A stretch of 63,732 bases of DNA, filler included, from Choristocarpus tenellus KU-1152 (lineage: Eukaryota; Protista; Phaeophyceae), in the NCBI GenBank assembly GCA_964200185.2. It is 7 parts of 7 records of this genome, joined end to end, with 100 filler letters (N's around TTAATTAATTAA, not from the genome) between each part and the next. Parts side by side here need not be neighbours in the genome. Positions count along the whole stretch, not along the records: positions 6,573 to 15,019 come from CAXNAD020004699.1; positions 15,120 to 21,642 come from CAXNAD020007945.1; positions 21,743 to 27,503 come from CAXNAD020009817.1; 4 more parts are not named here. One strand, given 5' to 3'. Positions 12,901-24,129 of this stretch are shown here, piece after piece (position 1 is the stretch's first letter; each line of letters starts with the position of its first letter). A model generated the notes under the pieces. The model was given only the letters and a program-made list of their open reading frames with translations. It was not told the DNA's origin and made no database searches. The translations under genes and the position numbers were made by a program.

Positions 12901-14207
12901 GTCAGGTGAAACTACAGTGATGATCTAGAATGATGTGAGGAGGGAGTCAAAGCATTATAGAGGGTAAAGCCGCGTCCATTTGGGGGCTAAATTCCAATGT
13001 TACAATATTGATGTATTTTTGCCTACCGTGTTTGTTAGGAGATGTCAATATCCTTGTTCTGGACACACCTTTTCATAATGTATGCAATTTACCTGCTCCA
13101 AGACATTTTGAAATGGATAAAATGTCATTAAAAACCCGTGGGAGGCCAAGCACCAAATGGACAAACCGGGGAAAACTCGTACCCTCTAAGGCACTTTCAC
13201 TCAGGGCTTGAGTGCACAGACTCTTGGGTATGGTTTCTTTTGAATTTTGTTCATCTTTCTAGCCTTTCATGTGTGGGGATGTTGAGGCTGGAGTGCGATG
13301 GAGAATCTACCCATCCTAGGGCTAGTTTGAGGGTCACCTCCCCTCGAAAAAAGCAACAGCTTCTCTTCACAACCAAGCACACAGATTCTTGCTTTCAGGT
13401 GCACAACTTGTGGTGTAACTGGTGTATCAGAGAATGCAGACTTAGGTCTGCATTAGAACCAACTTTATCCCTCTAATAAAATATATCATAGTAGATTGAG
13501 GGGAAAAATCCAAAATGAATGCACTCCATCCCCATTATGAAGGCCATCAAATTATTTCTTCGGCCTTAGTGCCTATCATAATTCTACATACTTCTATGTA
13601 GCTCTACAACAGCAGCTTTGCTTGTTCATCATACAAACTATCCTATCTCTCTCCCCTCACTCACTGTTCAAAACAAAATTCAATGGGCGAGTTCAACAAC
13701 CTTCCACACACTACTGTTGTTCTTACCATTCTGTTCTTTTTCGGGTCCCTTCAACTTCAACTATTTCTTCTGCCCAAACCTCATGCAGATTTCAAATTCA
13801 AACCCAATTGAAATGTCTCTTGTTCAGGGTATTGGTCTTCATTAAACCAAACGCTCAACCACAACCTTGTCTCCCACCCACGCCAGCTACCCCAAATCAT
13901 GACCCACAAGTCTGTCTTCAACAAACCCTCCATATTTTACCCATGTTTTTACTAGCTTGAACTCTCAAAGGCAAGAGCTAAGTTTCTCCAAGAAAATACA
14001 CTCGTCACAAATTAGTTGAGTGAGCTGCCACGTGAACTCATAGAGGATTGAACAAACACATTGATGGTCATAACAGAGGCCTGCACGAAATGTGCTGGTT
14101 TTGGAGATGCTCACATGGGAGAGCAGGGCACTTTTCCCACTTCCACGCTCACCCTCGATTAAGACTGTCTTTGGTCCTGTTGGCTCTCTGGCACTGCTTA
14201 TGAGTGT
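6920..14207 (-). CDS. STAND/AAA_16-type P-loop ATPase region resembling soluble adenylate cyclase ADCY10, partial; exons 14115-14207, 12669-12761, 11443-11607, 10782-10949, 9633-9811, 9093-9226, 8532-8688, 7983-8051, 6920-6987 (some small exons not found)
   Basis: Walker A VLIEGERGSGKSALL, then TSLYPFRQ-ILYRVLG, YLHLLNMILP, Walker B IAVVFDNAQWLDHSSWELILHLRHALPGLIAIAAYRPF, NFGMQRMNEELLEFL and SSLQDVCIITRIASM. The motif order matches the NTPase region of ADCY10-like proteins. All exons have AG/GT borders. No cyclase domain is visible in the window. Confidence 0.7.
7527..7790 (+). mobile_element. MITE subfamily A, diverged copy, TSD GGT
   Basis: GACCCAAAGCATTTAAGAGGGTAG ... CCTCGTAAATACTTCGGGTC; the internal sequence aligns with other A copies. 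Confidence 0.85.
10385..10660 (+). mobile_element. MITE subfamily C, degenerate copy
   Basis: TAGAGGGGGGG ... CCCCCCCTCTAAGATACTAT; the internal sequence aligns with 38567-38842. Confidence 0.75.
12944..13202 (+). mobile_element. MITE subfamily A, TSD AGG
   Basis: GAGTCAAAGCATTATAGAGGGTA ... TACCCTCTAAGGCACTTTCACTC. Confidence 0.9.
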
Positions 14208-14577
14208 CTGTCAAATAAACAAAAAGCATGTTTGGATCTTCTTGTAATCACTCGGAACAGTATTTCTTCCTGTTCATGGAATCTTCTGAGGAGAGGATGA
14301 GGCATTAGTACCAGTAAAAAAATGGAAGGCGTATGATTTTGGTCCAGTTCAAGGGGAGAAGAACTGTGTCTAACTTTGAGGTGACGAAATAGCACATATT
14401 ATTATAAGCAGAGTTCTACAGCCTAATGTGGGTCTTTCCACTGTGACATGGCAATAAAAAGCCAGCACTTTCACTTCTACGAAATTGTGCCGAGGTTAAA
14501 AAAATATATAATTTCTTTTCTCAAAATGCTTTTTGAATGGACCATGAATCAAGTATCATAGACTGTATGCCAGTACA

Positions 14578-14759
14578 GACCCAAAGTACCTGGGGGGGGG
14601 GGGGGGAGGCTACACCAGGGTGTCCATTTGGGTCAAAATCAGGAAAAGTGCATTTACATTATCCATCCGATGTATCGAACCAAATCATCCAAAAATCGCG
14701 ACATGAAAAAATTGTCCCCAAATGGACAGCTGTCACCTCCCCCCCAGATACTTTGAGCC
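14578..14759 (+). mobile_element. MITE subfamily B (about 180 bp; TIR GACCCAAAGTATCT plus G-tract), TSD ACA
   Basis: TIRs and ACA flanks. Partial copies at 14970-15019 and 21429-21605 sit at contig ends; a full copy is at 35424-35603. Confidence 0.88.
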
Positions 14760-15119
14760 ACAGTACCTGATAGATGCCACACCAACAAGATAAAAAATGT
14801 GATGGTATAGCTTCATTGCGGAACTACTCCACCAGGTAAGTAAATATCACTTTCGATACGATAGAGGGGGTTATTGACCAGCAGTGCTACGGCTGAATGC
14901 AACCCATGAGGAGCAAGGCAAACACAAAGGTAGCTCAGGGATTCTGGCGCAGCTAATGAGTTGTAGATTGAATCAAAGTATCTGGGGGGGGGAGGTGGCG
15001 GCTGTCGATTTCGGGGCAANNNNNNNNNNNNNNNNNNNNNNNNNNNNNNNNNNNNNNNNNNNNTTAATTAATTAANNNNNNNNNNNNNNNNNNNNNNNNN
15101 NNNNNNNNNNNNNNNNNNN

Positions 15120-15169
15120 ACACACACATACACACACACACACACACACACATACACACACACACATAC

Positions 15170-15199
<30 letters not shown>
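15120..15199. repeat. (CA)n/(CATA) microsatellite at contig start
   Basis: Read directly from the sequence. Confidence 0.95.
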
Positions 15200-15200
<1 letters not shown>

Positions 15201-15770
15201 AGAAGAGGTTGCGTTTCGAAAAAAAAATCCCTTCAAAAAGTAATAAAATAAATAAATAGTATCAGATTTGGATGGGAACAAGAAGTTCATCTCGATACTA
15301 CAGTGAAAATCAACGCAAAGAACCTTGGACAAGACAAGGAGTTCCAGGCATCATAAAAATCTTTCATCTCTATTGTGAGCACAATTCAATTGTCAACAAG
15401 CACACTCTTGGAACACATCACTACGGAGTGTCCCTCATTGGTAATCCGGCAAAGTCCAACACTGAATGGAAAACTGTACCACCTTTCAGAACGCCTGCAC
15501 AACCACCTGACCAAATCAGGTCGCAAAAGGTGTCCAAAGAGATGTAAACAATTCACAACTTGAATAGAGGATATACATACGCATAACAGGGTCTACAAAT
15601 CCCCCTGACCCAATGTGGTGCATGGGTTTTGTCAAGGCATGAAAATGTGTTGATTTTTTATCATTGCAACTTGACGTAAACATATATCCATTCATTGCAA
15701 ATTTTGTACTCAATCTACGTTCCACCAGCCTGCATACTTTGGCTCCTCTGCTGCATTTCACAATGATTAC

Positions 15771-18315
15771 CTTGTGCAGCCCACACACTCGAGGTTTTTC
15801 TCCTTTGAACGCCCAGCAAGGCTGCTTGAGACACCCCTCCTCCACGCAACGTTTGTTGTAGAGGTCCACCATACCTGCACATCATGGTCATAGAGCCAGT
15901 CTCGTTATTGCAAGAGGCACCATGTACAGATAAATTTCCCAAGCGAAACAAATAAACCCCTCGGGTGTACACTGCTTTCCTCACCCTCACCAGTGAAGAG
16001 GTGCACAACACAGCACAGCAAAGCTTCGATCCATCAACTGAAACAAACATCTTCCAGTCAACTTTTGCGGAGATTCACCCCGGGTGAGGTCCAACAAACT
16101 GAATTCACAGGATATAGATTAAAAGAGTTAGCTGCTGCAAGGTGAAGTAGAGGTGTTGTTGCCAATGGCTTGCGTGATCAAAAAATCTTTCTAGCAATGT
16201 GGACAAGCATAGATGCTTATCATACATGCTTCGGGAGCACACCACAGAAATTCTTGGTCCCTCTCCTGACCCAAGACATTGCATTTTGATAACTAGAAAA
16301 GAGAGAAGTCTGGCATGCGTAGAACACCAAAGTCTTCCTCCCGAAAGATGTCAGGTGTCAGCTATTACAACCCTTTACTGCTCTCTGGTGAACTTTTGGC
16401 TTGTCTGTTGCCCTTGTCCGAAATTTCAGAAAACTGACATAGGAATACCAGGATAACAATATTCAAATATCGATACACCATGAAAACAACAGGTCGGTAA
16501 GCCTAGCTCACTAACAGGTCGGGGTAAGACTGCAGAATAAGCATGGTCCAGTGTGTCCAGTGGCAGGTACTGCCAACCAGATGAGATGAAATGTACAAGA
16601 AGTGGGTAAGCATCTTGTACACATCAATCTGACTTTGACTTGATGCACTCTATTTCAAACCAATTGATGTTGGCAGATATGATATGCAATGCTGAGTCAT
16701 TGCTGCCTCATGGCCTCAACACTTACAGACTTGCAGCTGGCTTGCGGCCTTGGTGTTGATGTATTCATGTGGACTGGATAGAACTTTCCATTTACTTGAA
16801 ATATATAAATATATATATATATATATGTATTGTGTACAGGTTGTCACATGTATGGACGGCCTTGCGAGTGGACAGACCTCAGCAAATATCATTTTCTATC
16901 AGTCAAGCGGACAAGAAGAATGCCTGTCAAGCTGACTCTTGACCTCTTTGGCACACAGAGGATGAAGTAAAATACTACCAAAGGCAAACTGATCAAGACA
17001 AAGAGTATTTCTCTATATTCTTTGCAACACTGTTCAGGTAAACTCTAACCCACACTGAGAACCATAGTGGAAGCACTGAGTCTGATTCGCAAGATTGGTC
17101 ACCAACTTCTAAAGTTAGGCATCAAAAATAAACAAGGCTAGCATCAGAACATAATCTATCAAGGATACATATTCATAGCAATCTCCACATGCCCCAATCT
17201 CACCATCAGCACGGTGACTTGCACAAAACCTCCTCTTTTGTTTCTCAAAACCATACGTGCAGATCTTATTACAAGAGGGGTTTTCGCACAACCTGGAACG
17301 CTAATGAAGGGTGGCATTACAGACAGAGCAAGTGATATGGGAGAGATGGGCAGTAAGGGGGAGTATCAACTCTAAAAATCCAGGGTAGGGAGTACAAGCG
17401 ACCTAACAAACGTACTGTGGGCTAAAATGCACTCTGGGCAGACCCCAAGCCCAAAAATCAGTCGTGCCTGGTCCACCATGTCAGCACTCTTGTGGGCGAG
17501 GCAATATCGCTTCTTGTCCCCCTTATACCCAAATATAGGGTTCTTCCCACATCCCGGCTCGGCACAGGTGCGGTGGAACACGTCCACCATATCGACAGTC
17601 TTGTGGAATAAGCACTTGCGAGCCTTCTCCCCCTCTGCCCCATACACGGCCCGGCGACTGCAACTATCAGGTCGGAGAGGTAATCGCCACAAAACGCCAT
17701 GGGGAGTCACAGAGAGGACCCAGTCACTCTTGAGGATGGGATACCAGTAGGAGAATTGTGAGGGATGAACTACGATGTCACCAGCACATCTGCAACACTA
17801 TACGCACTACAACCTTCCCGAAAGTTGAAATGTCATACATAATTGGGAATACTTCAAGGGACTGAAAATCCCAATAAGGGAAACAAATATACAGGGCAGT
17901 ATTGTGGTGTATCAGAGGAATGATTAAAATGAGTGTGCTTGTTATCACATGCATGCATCTCTTGGCCTCCTGCAGCCAACCTCACCCCCTGTCCTCGCAT
18001 AGTTTGCTGGACACGTCTACCATTCCCAGAAGCTTGTGCTGTGCACAGTACATCTGTTTTCCACCAGGCATCGCGTATGATGGTCGCTTCTTGCAGTCCT
18101 CCTCCGCACACCATTTCTTGCAGTCACTGCTAGAGACACCGCCAGCGTCCATAACATCGCCTGCCATGCTGCACCGTAGCGAGACCTGGGGAGATATTTG
18201 TTGGCTTTGTTCGTCACACCCCGATACAGAAAGCTGGTGGGCCGTGTCAACCAAAAGGACAGCTGAATTCCCTTGGTCCATGCCAGAGCCTGGCAGGGTT
18301 TGCGGGAGTCGATGA
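15771..18315 (-). CDS. EsV-1-7 cysteine-repeat (zinc-binding) protein, partial; exons 17986-18315, 17468-17663, 17204-17300, 15771-15874
   Basis: Five tandem repeats of C-x4-C-x3-(P/A/C)-x-(Y/F/W)...C-x2-H-(K/R)-x3-MVD, e.g. CAEEDCKKRPSYAMPGGKQMYCAQHKLLGMVDV and CAEPGCGKNPIFGYKGDKKRYCLAHKSADMVD. Exon phases are compatible. Confidence 0.9.
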
Positions 18316-18873
18316 CTGGGAAAAGGTCAGGGTAAGCGAAGCCTACATTGAGCCAGAGAAAGTCCAGATAGTCTATGCCAGCTCAAAGAGCGTGTTCGAA
18401 CCAACCTCGGTGCAACCTTTATCTTTCTGTGAAAGAATGAACCACTTTTAGGTTGATCAAGAAATACATTATATACATTTGAAAAGGGGAGGGATCCTCG
18501 ATCAAACGTACATCGAACTTTAGAGGCAGAAACAAATTAAACAATGACCACCTTGTCTACATAATTGGATTAGGTTAACGACATCTAAACACTCATTACC
18601 TTGCACTAGCACTACAATCGGGGTATCATAGCGCTGGCGAGTGAAACCTCCAACTTCGTTACCTCAACACACACACAAACCTCTTCAACGCAAACCAATT
18701 TACCCGCCCAATTGTGACGGATGTTGGATGAACTATTTTTTAAAAGATAGATGATTATTATTGTTAGTTTAGGATTGATTATTGATAGTGGGAGGGGTAT
18801 TTTGTTCGGAAATTTGAATATATTTTGTTCTTGCTCGAGAATTATGAGTTTGTTATTATCATCACAACACAAA

Positions 18874-19014
18874 TAACAGCCGATTTCAAATATTGAGGAT
18901 GGAGCTTTTCGTTGAGGATGGGCTTGACCCAAAATTGACTGGGATAAAGTGTCGATATGTTTTTTTTTGTATTCAACGAAAAGCTCCATCCTCAATATTT
19001 GAAATCGGCTGTTA
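18874..19014. mobile_element. Foldback-type MITE with an inverted repeat of about 42 bp (TAACAGCCGATTTCAAATATTGAGGATGGAGCTTTTCGTTGA)
   Basis: Perfect inverted ends with TA at both extremes. A longer, almost fully palindromic copy lies at 21743-21957. Confidence 0.85.
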
Positions 19015-19109
19015 AATCGTCATTATTTGTGTAAAGCAAAACACTAATAGGGGCAAGAGGATAGTGGTACTAATAGGTTATACCTCTACGGTTGTTCCGT
19101 CATAACTTT

Positions 19110-19460
19110 TGATGTAGAAAAGGAGTAGTTAAATCCTGGCTACGCCAAATTGTCTCGGTAACCACGCAAGTGGCACTGTCTAGACGTGTCATGCATTTCA
19201 AGCCGGAATCACCAGGGAGATGGGCACGGAGGGGTTTATTGGATTCTTGGGATGCCTCCCTAGCTCCTCTGTAGATTGGAGACACAGGAGGGCAGTAGTA
19301 CAACATCGATAGTTGTGAAGTAATAAATGGATTGGGGTTTCTCACATTTATAACATTTTATTTCTTTAGGGTTTGTACTGACAATGTGTATAGTTTTCAT
19401 TGGTTTCTCCCCTGACACATCTATCTGGAAAGTGTCAGAGAACATAAAGAATAAAATGTA
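19110..19460 (+). mobile_element. 5'-truncated 3' end of a CRE-like non-LTR retrotransposon (ORF C-terminus plus 3' UTR)
   Basis: The plus frame reads CRKGVVKSWLRQIVSVTTQVALSRRVMHFK, homologous to the C-terminus of the long element at 41136-41423, followed by a UTR with a CTGACA..TGTCAG hairpin and AATAAA. Confidence 0.75.
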
Positions 19461-21742
19461 GATATCCGATTAGAACAATAAAACCATAGTCGTGACGGGC
19501 ACACAATGTCCGCGAGAGTACGTACGGGCGTCGTGTTTTTTCGCCATTTTTTTTCTTTTTTTTAAGAAAGAGCGCTCAAATTGGAGTTGAACCCTGGATT
19601 GCAGGTCACCAAGAGTGGCATCAGATACACTATTACTTGCTTGAAGTATCAGGTTTAGGAGGGGGAAAGACCTCCCCACCCTTTCTTCCTCTGTGTTCGC
19701 GCACCCAATCTTTGACCTCGGCAAGGATGTCCTCGTCGAGGCCCTGAACGAAACGCCTCTCGTAGCGCCCTTGCTCCTACACCTTGATATGGCCCTTAGT
19801 TAGGAAGTCTCTCTCCCATTTACTACAGTTTCCGACCTGACCATCGCATATCCTGCTTCCATCTATCTCAAGCGCCATTTGACGGTCTTTCTCATCATCA
19901 TCGTTCATACACAGGTACAGAATTCGCAGTGTTAGAGATTATACTATGACATTTCCTCGTTGAGCGCCGGAAATGGACGTCATCCGTGTTTCCTGGGTAA
20001 GTGATATTTTATCAAGGCGCAAGGGCAAGGGAGGACAGGCTTGAGTTGATCGAAAATTGTGTCGATTTCTCGAATGAAAGTAGGCCAGGAGAAAGCCTTA
20101 ATCAACTTTAAACGTCCAACCCTAAGTCCAGGAACAAAGGGGAATGTTCGGCATCTTGCAAGAAGTGTGAGACACCAAACCATCGGTGTGCAAATAGTCT
20201 CAATCTCACCTCCTCTTCTTCCCTCGTGTCCTCGTCGATGGCTACCTCCACCTGCTTCATGACCTCTTCTAAGTAGAGGATTTGGTGTTATCGAAAAGTC
20301 TCCACAGCTGCCTTTGTTACAATCGCTTTCTCCTCCGCCTTGCGAGCCCTTTTGACCTTCTTTCAGGCTTCAGAGCCCTTGCAGTCCAACCCTAACATCT
20401 TATTTCTCGTTTCCTTAAGCCACTCCGGCTTGCATAGCTTCCCAACAGCTTAGGGCCTGCTGCAACTGTTGAGTACTAAGATATTCTACACCCGGGTTTT
20501 CGCTTAGGCGTTTCCTGAGCGCAATGGCATGCTGTCGCACTGTTCTTCTCCCCAAACTTCCGTCCGTCGGGTCACTCTGGTTCTCCCTTCACCCGCCGTG
20601 ACCAGGCTTCCCCACAGACTTCGTCACTTTACCACCTGGTGATGGACTCGCCGCTCTCTTCATGCTTTCCCGAGGCAGCAGAGACTGCAGAGCAGAGCTC
20701 CGACGTGTTTGAAGATCGAGCCACATTTTGTTTGGTAATGCTTTCCATGCATCTTCTCTCAGCACCAGTGTCACGGCTGCGTGGTCCATTGCGCAATTGA
20801 TCATGCTGCTGTGCCACAGTACACGCACTTTCTCGTCACCTAACATCGCACCGAATGTCACACGGTACTAGTTTTTTTGCTGCCTCTCGACAGAGAAGGT
20901 TCTGAGGGTAGATCCAGGGGGCAGAGTGGTCTCGGCAGCTCTCGTTGTCTCACCTTCGTGGTTCTTGTTGCTGTGTGGGTCACGTGTGTGTGTGCTCTCA
21001 AGAAGTCTGCAAATGGCGCTAAGACGATCTCCGCAAATCTTGCTCTTTTTTTTGGTATTGCCACAAGCACCGTATTTGGGCAGCGGTCTGACCCGGATCA
21101 AGTTTTTGTGGGGAATTCAGCCAACCACTTCATGTTTGTACCTTTTGAGGTTGTGACCATCAAAATTGCTCCGGAGATGTTCCTCCGCGATTTTTTCAAT
21201 TATTTGATCAGGGCATTGTTCCTGTTTATCGAAGTTTGTACATTTGTCAATACCAATCTTCACAAGCTCTTGTCATAAGGTGTTCTTTGATATGTATGTT
21301 GTCGTATAATTCTTGTGGCAATACACTGAAAAAAAGAAAAAAATCTCCAGAGGGGTAAGCTATTGTTACCACTTTAGCCGCACGCCCCACCTGTGTCTCC
21401 AACCACAAAACTGATTCACACTACTACTGGTTCAAAGTATCTTGGGGGGGGGGGGTGACGGCTGCCCAGTTGGGGTCGATTTTTTCATGTCGCGATTTGT
21501 GGGTGATTTGGTTGCATACTTCGGATGTATAATGTAAATGCACTTTTCCTTATTTTACCCCTACTGGACACCCTGGTGTTGACCCCTCCCCCCCCCCCCC
21601 CCCCTCCTCGGGGCCGGTGTTCTGCGCTGTTCTCTCTCTGGTNNNNNNNNNNNNNNNNNNNNNNNNNNNNNNNNNNNNNNNNNNNNTTAATTAATTAANN
21701 NNNNNNNNNNNNNNNNNNNNNNNNNNNNNNNNNNNNNNNNNN

Positions 21743-21957
21743 AAAAATTGAGGATGGACTTTTTTGTTGGGGATGGACTAGACCCAATATTGACTGGGAT
21801 AAAGTGTCGATATGTTTTTTTTTGTAAACATTGTTTACAATTGTAAAAAAAACATGTTGTTTACAAAAAAAAATATCAACACTTTATCCCAGTCAATATT
21901 GGGTCAAGCCCATCCTCAATGAAAAGCTCCATCCTCAATTTTTGAAATCGACTGTTG
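21743..21957. mobile_element. Foldback MITE, same family as 18874-19014
   Basis: Inverted arms of about 90 bp around a TGTAAACA/TGTTTACA core; the left end is cut by the linker. Confidence 0.85.
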
Positions 21958-24129
21958 AAGGTGGAAAAACTTCGAGTTAGGTCCAGCACAAGATTCGAGG
22001 GAAGAAACTTAGCGACGAGTGGTGGGAGTGCTGAGCCCAACGGGTGAGAAGCAAGGCAAGGAGGAGGAAATACAAAAGTTGTAGTGTGACATTTAGTCAG
22101 TGGTTTGTACGATAACTAGTACGGTGTGTAGCGCCTCTGATTACAGTTTTGGATCATCTACGAGTGATGTGCCACAAAAAAAATCAGACCGCAAAAATAG
22201 TGAGTAGGTGTAAGAACCATGGGTGGTGATGTTTTTCTAGGTACTCTAAAACACTTTCCATTTTTATGAGTGTGAGGTAGGAATGGGAAAAAGTCTTAAA
22301 GGATATTTATACTCTTTAGGGGTGTTATCCTCAACTGTTTTTTTTTAAGTAACCAAGGCATGGAATTTATTGTCGACGTAGGTCTCAATACGTCATAACA
22401 AGTCGTGCTCGCCTATCACACTGTATCAACTACTACTGTATGAAAGGGTTCTCTGATTCGACCCCAAGTAGGGTTGTGCTCGACGGATAGCTGACATCGA
22501 CTTGTCCGACAGGGCCTGCTCTTCACGAGGATCCCGATGGCGATAAATTCACCACTCTAATTCATGTTGTGAGAGGATATCATTTGACCGTGTGTACCCA
22601 TCATGATGGTTAGTATTAATAGTAGTTCGTTTTTAGGGAGTGTGGTCGTCGTCACTATTGTTCCCATTGGTGTTGAATCACAGATGGAACATCCCGCTAT
22701 CTAACACCACGAACAATAGTTCAAATATTAATATTCGAATTAACACTATTTCGCAATGCCTGTAATATGAGCGTTCACGTTGGTCAGTGGTGAAGACGAT
22801 AATTCTCCTTGTGAGTTTTCCATGTCGAATACCGTCGATTCGGGATCTATTTTTAACATAGAAATAATGTTTCTAGGTGGCAGGGCTTAATTCCTGAGCC
22901 ACTTTGAGACTGAGCCAGCATAATATTTAAGGGAGGATACGGAGACGTAGGCGTTGGGATGAACAAACAAAATGCTTGAGAGTCAAACCAACCGAGGGGT
23001 AGGTGGGGTTGCATCTAAAGGATCCCGAGAAAGGGCTAAATCATGGCACTTACTACAATCGCAGAAAACCTTTGCTAAATTGTGGAGCAATTTTGTGTGT
23101 GCAAAAGGGGAATGTCAATTTTACGTACACTATTGGGCACATGAAAGCAATGTAACAGTGTGTACTACACAAGGCAAGAAAGGTAGCTAGATTGCAAGAG
23201 CATCCAAACTTACCTACCTCTCAACTGATTTGGCTCGTGAGATTGAAGACTCAACGGTGGCAGTAACTTTACTTAGTTGTGCAGTGCAACAATAGTTACT
23301 TACTGTAGTACTACGAGTGAGCTAATGTGTCCTAGAGAGTAGGAGGAGAATCATGGCCATCTTCTCTTGTCAAAGGGCTTGTAAATGCGATGGCTGACAC
23401 TCCATTTTCGTGACCCGAATTCAGATAACCCCTCTGCAAGTACGAGTAGTCTGTACGATATAGAACAATAGACACTTTTGGATGGATGCTTATTTTATTT
23501 GTATTGGAGGATGTATCAGGGACATACAGACGCGAACCAGAAAGTAGTCATAGAGACCCCTTCATAACAACAACGGCACCCCCTTATATTGATCCTTTGG
23601 TTCAGCAGATAGTATAAAAAGTATGAATAATAGATAAGAATAGTGCAGCGTGCGAAGACCCTGAGAACGGGCTGGGATAGTTCACAGACTAAAGTTAAGA
23701 AGTATAACTAATAATATACTTCAAAGTATCAAGGCTATATATATTCTCTCAAGATTAACACCTGACGTCCTGACTGCAGATATGCAGGTTGGAGTATGCT
23801 TTCATTCAGCATACTCGTCGTAGTATATACTACTTACTCACTTGTGAACATGTGACACTCGTATGATCATTCATAGAAATAATATAGTTAGAATGTGAAC
23901 ACAGATTTGTTTATACTAGTTGAGTATTTTTGACCGAAAAAAGTGTCAAAAAGATGCCATTTCATATATTTGGAGAAATAGTTTTTCCTCCTTTCTTTGT
24001 GGTGTCACTTCGTGTGTGGAAACGGGTAATACCAATTTTGCGTATGCACTATTGTGCACATCGAGCAATGAAAAAGAGTGCATTGCACAAAGGAGGCAAA
24101 TATTGTTTTAAAATGCAGAAGAGCCCTCT

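Noticed and set aside
15771-18315. Endogenous phaeovirus insertion
   Set aside because: The gene has spliceosomal introns and there are no viral core genes nearby.
19140-19230. Thrice-repeated minus-strand peptide LPGDSxLKRMTRxDxATCVVTETIWR, or a possible hammerhead ribozyme (CTGGTGA...CGAAAC)
   Set aside because: The plus-strand frame sharing third codon positions reads RQIVSVTTQVALSRRV, the C-terminus of the CRE-like retroelement. The hammerhead core is non-canonical.
21960-24100. tRNA, snRNA or SINE genes in the ORF-poor region
   Set aside because: No cloverleaf or convincing A/B boxes are visible by eye.
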